A stretch of 64,000 nucleotides of DNA, from contig OY969706.1 of the NCBI GenBank assembly GCA_963702095.1, forward strand, positions 1,664,001 through 1,728,000, given 5' to 3'. This DNA is from Candidatus Bathyarchaeota archaeon (GTDB lineage Archaea; Thermoproteota; Bathyarchaeia; Bathyarchaeales; Bathycorpusculaceae). Of the stretch, positions 31,167-42,252 are shown one piece after another (within the stretch, counting starts at the first letter, position 1; each line of letters starts with the position of its first letter). The translations under genes and the position numbers were made by a program. Under the pieces are notes generated by a model. That model saw only the letters and a program-made list of their open reading frames with translations. It did not search any database and had not been told where the DNA came from.

Positions 31167-31193
31167 GCGAGGCACGCTTCAACTGTAGGTTTC

Positions 31194-32825
31194 ATGTCCT
31201 TGAGCATCTTTGAAATAAAAGAAAAAGACCTGCTCGGCAGAGTGGGCAAACTAAAAACCAAATCCGCCACAGTGGAGACTCCGCTGCTTTTCCCCGTCAT
31301 CAACCCAAGCATCCAGCCTATCCCACCTAAACGGCTCAAAGAAACGTTTGGCTGCCAAGCCATCATCACCAACAGCTACATCATAAAAAAACGGTACGGC
31401 AACAAACCCATCGAAATGGGCGGCTTGCATAGGTTCCTCGACTACCACGGCGCAGTCATGACGGACAGCGGCGCCTACCAAATCCTCGTCTACGGCGAAG
31501 TCGAGGTCTCACAGAAAGAGATTGTTGCCTACCAAGAGGGCATCGGCAGCGACATCGCAACCATCCTCGACATCCCCACAGGCTGGAAAGTTACCAAAGA
31601 ACAAGCTGAACTCACCGTAGCAGAAACCCTGCGGCGAGCAAAAGACTTCTTTAACCTTAAAACCCGAGACGACATCCTCTGGGTTGGACCCGTGCAGGGC
31701 GGACGCCACCTGGATCTAGTCGCATCCTCCGCAGCCGAAATGGGCAAACTGCCCTTCCCAATCCACGCGTTAGGCAGCCCAACCGAAGTTATGGAAAACT
31801 ACCGCTATGACGTCTTGGCAGACATGATTTTAACCTGCAAAAAAGGCATCCCCATCGAGCGACCCCTACACCTCTTCGGCGCAGACCCATCCATGTTCGC
31901 GCTCGCCGTTTCCTTGGGCTGCGACCTATTCGACTCCGCCGCTTATGCACTTTATGCCCGCGAAGGACGCTACATGACTGAGAACGGTACATGGCGGCTT
32001 GACCAGATGGATTATTTCCCCTGCAGCTGCCCCAAATGTGCATCTGAAACACCCGAAGGATTGCGGCTGAAACCTGCTAAGGAACGGGAAGTTTTTCTTG
32101 CCGAACACAACCTGCACGTGTGCTTTGCCGAGCTAAGGCGCATAAAGCAGGCTATACGCGACGGCAGACTCTGGGAGCACACTGAAATGCGTCTGCACGC
32201 CCACCCCGCCCTGCTCTCAGCCCTCAAACGCGTCCGCACCCACGAAGACTTCCTCGAAAAGTACAGTCCAACCGCCAAAAGCAGCGGCTTCTTCTACTTC
32301 GACGCCGTGGGACTGGCAAGACCAGAAATCGTGCATTACCGCAAACGCCTAACCCAACGCTACACGCCGCCGCCAGAAGCGAAAGTGCTGTTTTTGGTTC
32401 CGCAGACCCGCAATAAACCGTTTCATAAGGCGCCTGAATTCAAAAAAATCCGCCAACTCATGCGCAAACTCGGCGAGGCTGAGGCACAGGTGCATGTTTG
32501 TGTTTACGCTGCTCCCTTCGGCGTTGTCCCGTTGGAGCTAGATGAGGTTTACCCGCTTTCCCAGCATGAAGCAGCCTTGCCGCTGGACCAAGAAACAATC
32601 AACTACGTTGCAGCCCAAACAGCAGAATACATTGGGCGCAATGGCTATGTTGGGGTTGTGTTGCTTAACGACAGAAAACTCTGGAGAGACACCGTTAAAA
32701 CGCAAGTCACGGTTGCATGTGAATCGAAGAAAATTGCGTTTGCCTCTTTTGACGCCAATGTTGAGGGTACAAAGGAGATGCTGGGGCACCTAGAAGCTGC
32801 TTTGCGCAGGCAGTTGGGGCGGTAG
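31194..32825 (+). CDS. tgtA: Archaeal tRNA-guanine(15) transglycosylase (arcTGT), no PUA domain
   Basis: ETP..FPV, MTDSGAYQ, GPVQGG, GCDLFDSAAY, Zn motif CSCPKC...H. Confidence 0.92.
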   Translation: MSLSIFEIKEKDLLGRVGKLKTKSATVETPLLFPVINPSIQPIPPKRLKETFGCQAIITNSYIIKKRYGNKPIEMGGLHRFLDYHGAVMTDSGAYQILVYGEVEVSQKEIVAYQEGIGSDIATILDIPTGWKVTKEQAELTVAETLRRAKDFFNLKTRDDILWVGPVQGGRHLDLVASSAAEMGKLPFPIHALGSPTEVMENYRYDVLADMILTCKKGIPIERPLHLFGADPSMFALAVSLGCDLFDSAAYALYAREGRYMTENGTWRLDQMDYFPCSCPKCASETPEGLRLKPAKEREVFLAEHNLHVCFAELRRIKQAIRDGRLWEHTEMRLHAHPALLSALKRVRTHEDFLEKYSPTAKSSGFFYFDAVGLARPEIVHYRKRLTQRYTPPPEAKVLFLVPQTRNKPFHKAPEFKKIRQLMRKLGEAEAQVHVCVYAAPFGVVPLELDEVYPLSQHEAALPLDQETINYVAAQTAEYIGRNGYVGVVLLNDRKLWRDTVKTQVTVACESKKIAFASFDANVEGTKEMLGHLEAALRRQLGR

Positions 32826-33083
32826 GAAAAAGAGTGGGTGTGCAGTTAGAGGGGTAGGTTGAAGCCAAGGTTTTTTTCGGCTGCTTTTACTTTTTCGGTT
32901 TGGGTGTTATTCTTCTAGGTCTGTTTTTACTGGTTGGAAGTTGTTTTCCTCTTGTTGTTCTAGCGTGTTTTTATTCCTCTCGATTTGAGTAGGATTTTAT
33001 ACGCTTTTTTCACACTTGGAAATATATAAGCTATAAGAATAATCTCAAGTGGGATTAACCCTTATAATTCAAAAACTGTAGAT

Positions 33084-33269
33084 ATGTACAACATGCGCTC
33101 CAAAAAAACCAAAATATCCATTTCACTTGATGAAGCCCTCGTCGAATGGATAGACAAAAAAATCGACGACTTCACCTTCCAAAACCGCAGCGATGGACTC
33201 GAAAAAGCAGTATACAAACTAAAAATAGAAACAGAAAAAACCAACAATAACACCATCAACCACCCGTAA
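33084..33269 (+). CDS. Ribbon-helix-helix (CopG-like) protein
   Basis: KTKISISLDEALVEWID...NRS..LE pattern. Confidence 0.75.
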   Translation: MYNMRSKKTKISISLDEALVEWIDKKIDDFTFQNRSDGLEKAVYKLKIETEKTNNNTINHP

Positions 33270-33369
33270 AATTATCGCTTTCCCAACTCATCCATCCAAA
33301 CAACAGTAAGCAGGCAGCCGCTCTGCAGCTGCAAGAACCTTTTTTACCCCCGCAACCATAAGCCCACAC

Positions 33370-33990
33370 ATGACCCCAAGGCCACAGTTCCTCTTTGCTG
33401 ACCTCCACATCCACACAGTCTACTCCCCTGACTCAATGGTCCAACCCAAAACCCTCGTTGACATGCTAGCCGCCCACAGCTACATCAAAGCCGCAGCCGT
33501 CACCGACCACGACAGCACAAGAGGATGCAAAGCCACTGAGGAATTAGCCAAAGCCTACCCCGACATCTTAATCATCCCCGGCGTAGAAATCAGCACAACC
33601 CACGGCGACATGATTGTGTTGGGCACTTACGAGTTGCCGCCCAAGCCTTGGACGCCACAGTCAGTGGCGGACTATGCAGGGTCAATCGGCGGGGTCTCGA
33701 TTGTAGCGCATCCTTTCCGTACCTACGGCATGGGCGAACACGCTCGGGGTGTTAAAATGGATGCGATAGAAGTGTTAAACGGCGGTTCAAGCAAAGAAGC
33801 CAATGCACAGGCAAAGGAATTTGCTCAAGAATCGGGGTTGCCCGGAACCGCTGGTAGCGACGCGCATCAGGTCTCGGAGCTTTTCAGCGTATGCAACCAG
33901 ATTGAGGCGTCGCTGGATGTGGATTCGGTTTTAGCTGCGATCAGGAAGGGCAAGGTATCCGCACAGCTACCCAGAGGGCACAAAGCATAG
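33370..33990 (+). CDS. PHP-domain phosphoesterase
   Basis: DLHIHT.YS.D, VTDHD, PGVE, AHPF, GSDAH. Confidence 0.88.
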   Translation: MTPRPQFLFADLHIHTVYSPDSMVQPKTLVDMLAAHSYIKAAAVTDHDSTRGCKATEELAKAYPDILIIPGVEISTTHGDMIVLGTYELPPKPWTPQSVADYAGSIGGVSIVAHPFRTYGMGEHARGVKMDAIEVLNGGSSKEANAQAKEFAQESGLPGTAGSDAHQVSELFSVCNQIEASLDVDSVLAAIRKGKVSAQLPRGHKA

Positions 33991-34106
33991 CACCAAAATA
34001 ACGGACGCCAACTCTATGGTCCTAACTTTGCATGTTAAGCCGTTGGAGACCGAAAAAAGCATATATCACAAAGCGCCGTTGATTTCTAAAGCATAAGTGA
34101 AGTTGC

Positions 34107-35246
34107 ATGGCTTCGGCTGAAGAAAACAGAGACGAAATGGTAGTTACACCCTGGGAAGTTAAAGGCAAAGTAGACTATCAACGCCTCATAAAAGAATTCG
34201 GCACCCAACCCCTAACGCCTGAGTTGCTAACACGAGTCCAGAAACACACCGACAAACTCCACCTGCAACTCGAACGCCAAATCTTTTTCAGCCACCGCGA
34301 CCTCGACACCGTCTTGGACCTCTATGACAAAGGCGTAAAATTCGTGCTCTACACTGGCAGAGGACCAAGCGGACCAGTGCACATTGGGCATTTGGTGCCG
34401 TGGATTTTCACCCTTGACATACAACAGAAATTCAAAACGCGGCTGTACTTCCAGATGACTGACGACGAAAAATACCTTGTCGGCGACGACCGCGACCTCA
34501 AAGAAACCGCGCATTGGGCATACGAAAACGCGCTTGATCTCATCGCGTTGGGTTACAAGCCTGAGGACACCTTCATCATCTACGACACCCAAGACATCGA
34601 TTTACTCTACGACATCACCTTAGAAGTCGCCAAACGAATAACGTATAGCACTGCACGGAGCAGCTTCGGGTTCCAAGACAGCACCAACATCGGCTGGGTT
34701 TACTGGCCAGCAGTCCAAGCCGCACCCTGCTTCATCCACAAAAAACTCACCGGCGAAAACGTCCCCGCGTTGATCCCAGCAGCCATCGACCAAGACCCCT
34801 ACTGGCGAGTCACCCGCGACGTCGCCCAAAAACTCGGCTACTACAAACCCGCCCAAATCCACTGCCGCTTCCTCCCGGGACTGGGGGCAGGCGGAAAAAT
34901 GTCTGCTTCGATGCCTGAAACCAGCATATTCACCATGGATTCACCTGAAGTGGTGAAAAAGAAGCTCTGGAACGCTTTTACAGGCGGCAAAGGCACAGCG
35001 GCAGAGCAACGCAAAACAGGCGCTGACCCAACGGTTTGCAGCATTTTCCAGTATTACTTTTTCCTCTTTGAAGAAGACAGCGGCAAATTGGCGGAGCGGG
35101 AACGTAGGTGCCGAGGCGGAGAGATGCTCTGCGGTGAATGCAAAAAAGACATCGCTGAAAAACTCAACCATTTCCTCGAGCAGCATCGTGAGCGCCGAGA
35201 AAAAGCCAAAGACACCATCGAGCAGTACCATATCAAACGCAAGTAG
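34107..35246 (+). CDS. trpS: Tryptophanyl-tRNA synthetase
   Basis: VTPWEV, YTGRGPS, HIGH, DQDPY, KMSAS. Confidence 0.95.
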   Translation: MASAEENRDEMVVTPWEVKGKVDYQRLIKEFGTQPLTPELLTRVQKHTDKLHLQLERQIFFSHRDLDTVLDLYDKGVKFVLYTGRGPSGPVHIGHLVPWIFTLDIQQKFKTRLYFQMTDDEKYLVGDDRDLKETAHWAYENALDLIALGYKPEDTFIIYDTQDIDLLYDITLEVAKRITYSTARSSFGFQDSTNIGWVYWPAVQAAPCFIHKKLTGENVPALIPAAIDQDPYWRVTRDVAQKLGYYKPAQIHCRFLPGLGAGGKMSASMPETSIFTMDSPEVVKKKLWNAFTGGKGTAAEQRKTGADPTVCSIFQYYFFLFEEDSGKLAERERRCRGGEMLCGECKKDIAEKLNHFLEQHRERREKAKDTIEQYHIKRK

Positions 35247-35322
35247 GCGTTCTCCTTCTAATCGGTGCCTCCTAAGAAACTTGATAAAGCCCAACAGCCC
35301 TATTTTTTGTTGGTTTGGGTGA

Positions 35323-35781
35323 TTGTTTTTGTCAGGAAACGTTTTGGTAAGAGATATTATGAGTAAACCAGTAAAAGTTGTTCGAGAAGACACCACTCTT
35401 CACGAGGTTATTGCGACTTTTAGCAGTTTTGACATTGACTCCATAATTGTTGTACAGGGTGAACGTCCTGTGGGAATAATAACTTCAAAAGACGCTTTAA
35501 CACGGGGTTTTGAGCATTTTGAGCATGGATTGCCCGCTAGTGCCATAAAAGCGGAATTGGTGGCTTCAAGTCCATTAACCACGATTGATGCAGAGGCAAG
35601 CGTGGAAGAAGCCGCCGAATTGATGCGGCGTCAAAGAATAAAGCATTTGCCCGTTGTCCGCGACGACCACCTCGTCGGAATAGTCACTGATACAGACATC
35701 ATTTTCGCATTGCCATCCATGTTGGCGAGGATGGAGGAAGTCTGTCGACCCGAAAGGGAGCCAACAACAGTTACGCATTAA
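35323..35781 (+). CDS. CBS-pair protein
   Basis: VRDIMS.PV, VGIIT..D, HLPVV...LVGIVT..DI. Confidence 0.85.
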   Translation: MFLSGNVLVRDIMSKPVKVVREDTTLHEVIATFSSFDIDSIIVVQGERPVGIITSKDALTRGFEHFEHGLPASAIKAELVASSPLTTIDAEASVEEAAELMRRQRIKHLPVVRDDHLVGIVTDTDIIFALPSMLARMEEVCRPEREPTTVTH

Positions 35782-35797
35782 ACAAGAAGTGAGATGA

Positions 35798-35935
35798 ATG
35801 CAGGAATACGAACCCAATTCTCAATTGGAGGAGCCTTCTCCGTATCCAGAGCCGCCCAATCCTGAGCCTGAACCGGAACCTGAACCCCACCCGTCTCCGC
35901 AGCCAGAGGGAACCAGCAAAAATTGGTATATCTAA
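35798..35935 (+). CDS. Putative 45-aa Pro/Glu-rich small protein
   Basis: MQEYEPNSQLEEPSPYPEPPNPEPEPEPEPHPSPQPEGTSKNWYI*, starting 16 nt after the CBS stop; below ORF-track cut-off. Confidence 0.45.
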   Translation: MQEYEPNSQLEEPSPYPEPPNPEPEPEPEPHPSPQPEGTSKNWYI

Positions 35936-36128
35936 ATAATTTTACTGCCCATTTACATGGCGATGGCTACACGTCATTTTAGGCGGCTCCCTGCAGTATC
36001 AACCGATAGAAACCAAAAGAATCGCTTTGCCACGTTCATAGGGCGTGTGCTTGAGGCTATACGTTTTGCAGTTGGTGTAGTTCAAAGCTTAAATGGCACA
36101 ACCCCATCTTGATTTTCGAGAGAACAAA

Positions 36129-37004
36129 ATGACCAATCAAAAAATCGCCGACGGCGAGACCGTACTAATCTACCTTGACTCACGCCGAACCTACATGATT
36201 AAGGTGCAGTCGGGACAAACCTTCCATACCCACAAAGGCTACCTCAAACTCGACGATTTAGTGGGCAAAGAATACGGTGAACCCATCAGAAGCAGCCTCG
36301 GAGTCACCTTCACCACGCTAAAACCCATCCTCACAGATTACATGATGAAGTCTGGGCGCAACACACAGATCATATACCCCAAAGATGCCTCGCTCATTGT
36401 GATGTTTAGCGGCATCGGACCCGGCAGCCGAGTGTTCGAATCCGGCACAGGCACAGGCGCATTAACAACTGCACTGGCGCATTACGTCGGCGACACAGGC
36501 AAAGTCTACACCTACGAGCTCAGAGCGGAATTCCAGAAAAACGCCGCCAAAAACATCCAACGCGCCAAACTCGACGGCAACGTGGAGATGAAAAGCGGCG
36601 ACGTAACAATGGGTATAGCTGAACGCGACCTCGACGCCGCCATCCTCGACCTCGCCGTCCCCTGGCTCGTCGTACCCCACGCATATGAGGCTCTTAAGCC
36701 ATCGGGCGTGTTGGTTTCTTTTAGCCCCACCATCGACCAAGTTGTCCGCACCACCGAAGCCCTCCGCGACATCGGCTTTGTCTTCATAGAAACAGTCGAA
36801 TGCCTCATGCGCACCATGCAAGTAGAACGGGGAAAAACACGACCCAACACCATGATGACAGGGCACACTGGCTACATTACACATGCACGGAAAATCATAA
36901 AGCCGCCAACCCCTCAAGTGCCGCCACAGGCAGCCATCGAAGACCAAATTTTAGAGGAACAAGAAGAAACATTGGAAGAGTCGGCGGAAGAAGAAACTAC
37001 CTAA
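36129..37004 (+). CDS. trmI: tRNA (adenine-N1)-methyltransferase (m1A57/58)
   Basis: HTHKG, TQIIYPKD, ESGTGTGALT, LDL..PW, FSPTI.QV, GHTGY. Confidence 0.92.
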   Translation: MTNQKIADGETVLIYLDSRRTYMIKVQSGQTFHTHKGYLKLDDLVGKEYGEPIRSSLGVTFTTLKPILTDYMMKSGRNTQIIYPKDASLIVMFSGIGPGSRVFESGTGTGALTTALAHYVGDTGKVYTYELRAEFQKNAAKNIQRAKLDGNVEMKSGDVTMGIAERDLDAAILDLAVPWLVVPHAYEALKPSGVLVSFSPTIDQVVRTTEALRDIGFVFIETVECLMRTMQVERGKTRPNTMMTGHTGYITHARKIIKPPTPQVPPQAAIEDQILEEQEETLEESAEEETT

Positions 37005-38639
37005 GCCTTTCCGTTTACTTTTCCTTTTACTCTTCTACCGTTATCGGGCAAAGGTAGGCTCAACTGGTAAACGGCCTGCTTAAACTGTTCTCCGCTGGCG
37101 CCGCGTGTTAAGCCGTAGTAGGCACCCAAGATTTTGCCGAAGTATGGAATAATGAATTTATCGAAGGTGTTGTAGAGCATCGGGTTTGGCAGGCGGTTTT
37201 CGAGGAAAGTGGGTTTCCAGATTTTAATGTTGTATTCCCAGCATTTGATAAAGAAGTCCCAACGCGCCTTGCTCAGTGAGTCTATTTCAGCGCCCTTCTG
37301 CTTCATCAAAACACAGTTTTCCAAGGGCACAAAGAAAAGCGGCACGTAGAAGGCGTTGTAGTCTTTGAGTTTATCCATCAACTCCAATGTCTGGAGCATG
37401 TCTTCTTCTTTTTCATCGGGCAAACCAATAATGAGCGTTGCCAGCGGGTACCAGTCGTTGTCGTTTAAGATGCCGAACGCGTTGGTGACGACGTCTTGCC
37501 ACTGCTCAGGCTGAAAAGGCAACATTTTACCAGCCATGTATTTCCTCATTAAGCGTGGGCTGCCTGTTTCAACGCCTGTTTCAGCGGTGATAATTGGTTT
37601 TTTACCGAAAGAATACCATGATTTCTCGATAAGAATCTCCGCGAGTTCCCTGATCATTTGAGGGTCATGCCAAATAGGTGCCAGCGACATGTGTGCTGCC
37701 TGAATGCTTTTTACGCCAGGGTAATCCGCAACTGTCCTGAAAAGTTTAACAACCGCTTCACGGTTGGGCACAAACCGCGGGTCTTTTGCGCCATAGAGAA
37801 ACATGTCTTCAGTGATTAAGGTTATGTGGTCGCTGCCCTGCGCTACGCTTAAAGCGACTTCCTCCATGATTTTATCCATAGGCACATCTATCTTATGCTG
37901 CATGGTGGGAGTGCAAAACTGGCAGTTTCTGCCACAGCCCTTGCTGATTTCAACTGCCCCGTGGACAGAGACGTTTTTGGTTATGGGCATTTCTTGGTTG
38001 TAATTCCAGTTGTCCAGCGACTCGTCAGCTTTTGCAAGGCGTGGAAGCGGTTCACCGTTAACTGCTTTCTTGAATAGTTCAACGATTGGTCCAGGTCTCC
38101 CCCCCATCAAAACACAGTCGACGCCGTAACTCTGTGAAACACGTTGACGTTCAAGCTGCCATGAGCCATATCCGCCTACGATGACTTTGAGGGTATCCTT
38201 GTATTTTTTGATGGCAGGGTGAGTGACGAGTTTACGGAATTCAATTCGGTTCATGGGTTCGCCGCCGCCTACGATGGAACTGTAGGTTTTGCTGACATAC
38301 CCCATGCCTGTGGGGTCCATGCTCGATATGCCGACGACTCTGGTGTCTGGACCGATGAACTTGTCTAAGTCTTCAGGATAAGCCACTGCAATGTCGTTTG
38401 GTGAGAATCCGCCTTCAAGGAGGATGGATTCGACTTTACGTAGTCCATAGGGTACGTAACTGGCTTGTCCATCTGCTAGCGGCGAACGGTGGGGGTATAG
38501 GGTTTTCCGCACATAAGAGAGGGGAATGGGGCGCTTTGCCGAAACCTCCAGAAAAAGCAATGAAGGGATTATTGAGAAAGTCACTCATCTCGGTGGCTGA
38601 TGCCGTGAGAACAATTTTTTTGCCTCTAACAGTTTCCAA
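37001..38639 (-). CDS. B12-binding-like radical SAM protein; +1 frameshift near 38535
   Basis: CGRNCQFC, PYGLRK.E, GVETGSPRL. N-terminus (L)ETVRGKKIVLTAS..EMS lies in the overlapping ORF 38436-38708. Confidence 0.82.
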
Positions 38640-38882
38640 CCTTTCTCTTCCTCGATAGGAGTTAATCATTATGTCCATACGCCTTTTAAAAATTGCTATC
38701 GCTCCCACGCCAATGGCGGAGGCGGTAGTGCCGTAGACAAGCGGTAGAGCACTATGCAGGTTTTGCTTTGGCTGGTGCTACATCATGTTTCAACACATCT
38801 TTAATAAGCCCTAACAGAAAACTGAATTGTTTTTCCAAGAGTAGAAAACGCCTTTAGCGCATTTTTTAGTGAGGGTTAAATT

Positions 38883-40742
38883 TTGCAGGATACACTACAA
38901 AAAGAAAAACAGCCGCCCAAAAAAGAAACCGCCCCAACCAGAACCGGCGGCGAATTATTCCTTCGACTCCTCCAGCAGCAGGATATCCCATTTGTTTTCG
39001 GCACAACAGGCGCGGGGATGGCCGAAATACAAGACGCCATGGTCGTGGTTAAACCGCCAAAGTGGATTCAAGGACTCCACGAATTCCCAACAGTCAACGC
39101 AGCAGCCGGATACGCTCTTGCATCCGAGTCCCTTGGCATAGCCCTGATTGACCGAAACGTAGGCACCCAAAACGCCGCCGGAGCCTTCTACTGTGCATTC
39201 ATGAACATGGCGCCAATCATAGTTTTTGCATCCAAAAACGTAGCTGGAGTACCAACGCCTGACGCACAAATCCAATATCACTACATGAATTATGAGGGAA
39301 CACTTGTTGCGCCGTGGCTTAAATGGAGTACACAAAACGAATCCCTTGATACTATCCAAGAAGACCTTGCCAAAGCAATGTACCTGTCGATGTCTGAGCC
39401 GTGGGGAACAACATATCTCACCTTGCGACAGGATTTGATGGCACGGAGGCTGCCGGGAGGCTTTGGCGAACAAAAACTTCTATGTCTGCGGCAAATCCAT
39501 CAGCCTTTTGAGTCGCCTCGGCTTCCAGATGCTACAACCATCCAGCGAATCTACGAGGAACTCATGAATTATAGCCAACCGGAAATCTTTGTTTCGCACT
39601 TAGGCAGAAGAAAATCCGCTTACACATCCTTGTTAAACTTCGCCCACACATTCGGCATAGCAGTTAACGATTACCGATCATTCCTAAACTACCCCATCAC
39701 CGACCCGTTGCATGTCGGATTCGCAAAATTGACTTATCCCCCGAGACTGATGCAGGGAATCGACCTTGCTGTTGCCTTAGAAGTAGGGTTGCTTCCCCAC
39801 CAAAGGTTCGGCGAAGTTGACGCGATCGATTTGACAAGCGACTTGCTGCATCGCCAGGATGTTCCAGGCGGAGGAGAATATGGTTCCACACTGTTTCCAG
39901 CGGTTGTCCGAGCCGAATGCGATGTTGGACCTACCTTGGATATGATTTGCAGAGTTGCCAATGAAAAAATGACTTCTAAGGAAAAAGAGGTGGTGCAGCA
40001 GAGAACAGAAACCGCTGCAAGAGAACATCATAGGCTGTTCGATGAAGCCAAAGAGAAGGCTCAACATAGCTATGACTCGGGGAAACTGGATGCTTCATCA
40101 GTTGGGTACATACTAAACAAGAAATGGCCTCAAAACGGCATTTGGGTTGACGGCTCAATAACGCCAAGGAATACCCTGCTGGAGTTGGTGGAGCTTAACC
40201 AGGCCGGAACCTACTTTTCCAACCCCAGCTTCCACCTAGGAGCCGTAGTGGGAATGTCTTATGGTGTCGCTTTAGCCAAAAGAAAATACATCAACGTAGA
40301 AGACCATGGCACCTACGAAGTGGGCACAATCAGTGACCAAGAAAAAGCTCCAAACATAACCATCTGCACAACCGGCGATGGAGACGCAGTTTTCGGCAAT
40401 TTGCCCTCGGCGCTTTGGACCTGCTGCCATTACGGTTTAGGCGTGCTCTACGTGATTCTCAACAACGCCTGCTGGGCTATCGAGTGGCCTCCAATTGAAA
40501 AAGCCACCGAACACTGGGCTAAAACTGCTGGAGACTACGAGTTTCTCGATTTAGAAAACCCACGCATTGACTACACGCATATGGCTGCGGCTTTTTCGGT
40601 TCCCTCCAAAAGGGTTGAAACCCCACAGCAATTCGAAGAAGCACTAATAGCGGGAATTGCGTTGGCGTCAGAGAATAAGCCGATGGTTATCGATGTTATT
40701 TTGGAGAAGTATACGGGGCAGAAACCGTCAGTGGTTCCATAG
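38883..40742 (+). CDS. Thiamine-pyrophosphate-dependent enzyme (acetolactate synthase / benzoylformate decarboxylase-like)
   Basis: VFG..G, LHE..A..AA.GYA, GDG.....NN TPP motif. Confidence 0.85.
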   Translation: MQDTLQKEKQPPKKETAPTRTGGELFLRLLQQQDIPFVFGTTGAGMAEIQDAMVVVKPPKWIQGLHEFPTVNAAAGYALASESLGIALIDRNVGTQNAAGAFYCAFMNMAPIIVFASKNVAGVPTPDAQIQYHYMNYEGTLVAPWLKWSTQNESLDTIQEDLAKAMYLSMSEPWGTTYLTLRQDLMARRLPGGFGEQKLLCLRQIHQPFESPRLPDATTIQRIYEELMNYSQPEIFVSHLGRRKSAYTSLLNFAHTFGIAVNDYRSFLNYPITDPLHVGFAKLTYPPRLMQGIDLAVALEVGLLPHQRFGEVDAIDLTSDLLHRQDVPGGGEYGSTLFPAVVRAECDVGPTLDMICRVANEKMTSKEKEVVQQRTETAAREHHRLFDEAKEKAQHSYDSGKLDASSVGYILNKKWPQNGIWVDGSITPRNTLLELVELNQAGTYFSNPSFHLGAVVGMSYGVALAKRKYINVEDHGTYEVGTISDQEKAPNITICTTGDGDAVFGNLPSALWTCCHYGLGVLYVILNNACWAIEWPPIEKATEHWAKTAGDYEFLDLENPRIDYTHMAAAFSVPSKRVETPQQFEEALIAGIALASENKPMVIDVILEKYTGQKPSVVP

Positions 40743-40781
40743 AGCCACATTCGGATTAAGCATAAATAGCTAAAGCAACAG

Positions 40782-42113
40782 ATGCCAGAAGCATCCGGTG
40801 CCAAAATGAAAAATCCAAAGCTCACACTGTTTGTAGTATGCCTTCTATGTCTCCTAACAATCTCCGCTTTCTCTCTAATGGGCCGTTCAGGCTCAACCAC
40901 ACAAGAGACCTGGCCCATGTTCCGTCATGACCCCCAACACAGCGGCTACTCAAATGCAAACCAGCGGGTCGGCAACACAACGCTCTGGACCTTTTCGACC
41001 AACGGACAAGTTTGGTCTTCCCCCGCAGTCGCAGAGGGCATAGTTTACGTGGGTTCTTTTGACCAAAACCTCTATGCCTTAAACGCTTCAACGGGAACCC
41101 AAATCTGGAGCTACTCAACGGAAGGCGCAATCTATTCTTCTCCAGCAGTCGCCGACGGCATCGTGTACGTGGGTTCAATCGACCAGAACCTGTATGCGTT
41201 AAACGCTACAACTGGAACAAAAATATGGAATTTTATCACGGGTGGACCAGTTTTTTCTTCGCCAACAATTGAAGATGGCAAAGTGTATTTTGGGTCAGAC
41301 GACAACTCAGTTTACGCTTTAAACGCCCAAGACGGTAGAATGTTGTGGCGTTTTGAAACGGGGGACAGAGTGCAAGCGTCTCCTGCTGCCTGGGACGACA
41401 AAGTCTACATCGGTTCAAACGACACTAAACTTTACGCCCTGGATGCTTCAAACGGCAAGGAGGTTTGGGCTTACAAAACAGGCAGTTATGTGGTGGGCAG
41501 TTCCCCCATGGTTGCAGGTAACGTAGTATATGTTGGCTCCTATGATAACAACACCTATGCCATAGACGCCACCACAGGAATGCAAATTTGGAATGCAACC
41601 ACGGGCTATGACATATGCATGCAGGGGTCACTGGCATACAAGAACGGAGTATTATACATAGGTTCGTCTCATCTATTGTCTGCAACTTCTTCAGGTTACA
41701 CTTTTACTAATTTTACAGCAGTCACGGACCATGTTTACGCTTTGAATGCTGCCACAGGAGCAACCATTTGGAGTTACCCAATCGATAGCGGCATCTGGTC
41801 TTCTCCAGTTGTAACCGACGCCCTGGTAATTGCGGGCTCAGGCAACAACAAACTCTACGCTTTAAACGTAGAAGACGGCAGTCTTGTTTGGAACCACCAA
41901 ACTGAAGGCGCAATATATTCTTCGCCCGCTGTTGTGGATGGCACAATCTATGTTGGTTCATATGACCATAACGTCTACGCCATTGGCTCACCCAATTCGA
42001 GTAATTCAAGCGGAGTAAATCTCTGGATGACCACTTTAATTGTGGTTATAATTGTTTTGACGGTGGCGGTTACTGCCCTGGCGCTTTGGCGGCGGCTAAA
42101 ACAGAAGCGGTAG
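40782..42113 (+). CDS. PQQ-like/BamB beta-propeller surface protein
   Basis: WPMFRHD..HSG; about 8 repeats of SSPAV.DG.VYVGS.D..LYALNA.TG..IW; C-terminal TM. Confidence 0.88.
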   Translation: MPEASGAKMKNPKLTLFVVCLLCLLTISAFSLMGRSGSTTQETWPMFRHDPQHSGYSNANQRVGNTTLWTFSTNGQVWSSPAVAEGIVYVGSFDQNLYALNASTGTQIWSYSTEGAIYSSPAVADGIVYVGSIDQNLYALNATTGTKIWNFITGGPVFSSPTIEDGKVYFGSDDNSVYALNAQDGRMLWRFETGDRVQASPAAWDDKVYIGSNDTKLYALDASNGKEVWAYKTGSYVVGSSPMVAGNVVYVGSYDNNTYAIDATTGMQIWNATTGYDICMQGSLAYKNGVLYIGSSHLLSATSSGYTFTNFTAVTDHVYALNAATGATIWSYPIDSGIWSSPVVTDALVIAGSGNNKLYALNVEDGSLVWNHQTEGAIYSSPAVVDGTIYVGSYDHNVYAIGSPNSSNSSGVNLWMTTLIVVIIVLTVAVTALALWRRLKQKR

Positions 42114-42252
42114 CCCCTTTTTTTAAGCGGCCAAGCACTTAGCAACAGAACTCTGCTCGGCAAGCTTAGGTAGCAATTGCAAGACCACTACCACATACGT
42201 TTATAAAATGCAACATTCAAAAGGTTTTTAGCAGATAATGCGTTGAAGCGGC

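Noticed and set aside
31870-31900. tgtA motif HLFGADPSMF instead of the usual HLFGAGHP.MF
   Set aside because: One-codon shortfall in an assembly with frequent indels; may be an artefact and is not interpretable.
32826-33000. G/T-rich intergenic tract resembling family B
   Set aside because: Only low-complexity similarity; the landmark motifs are not colinear.
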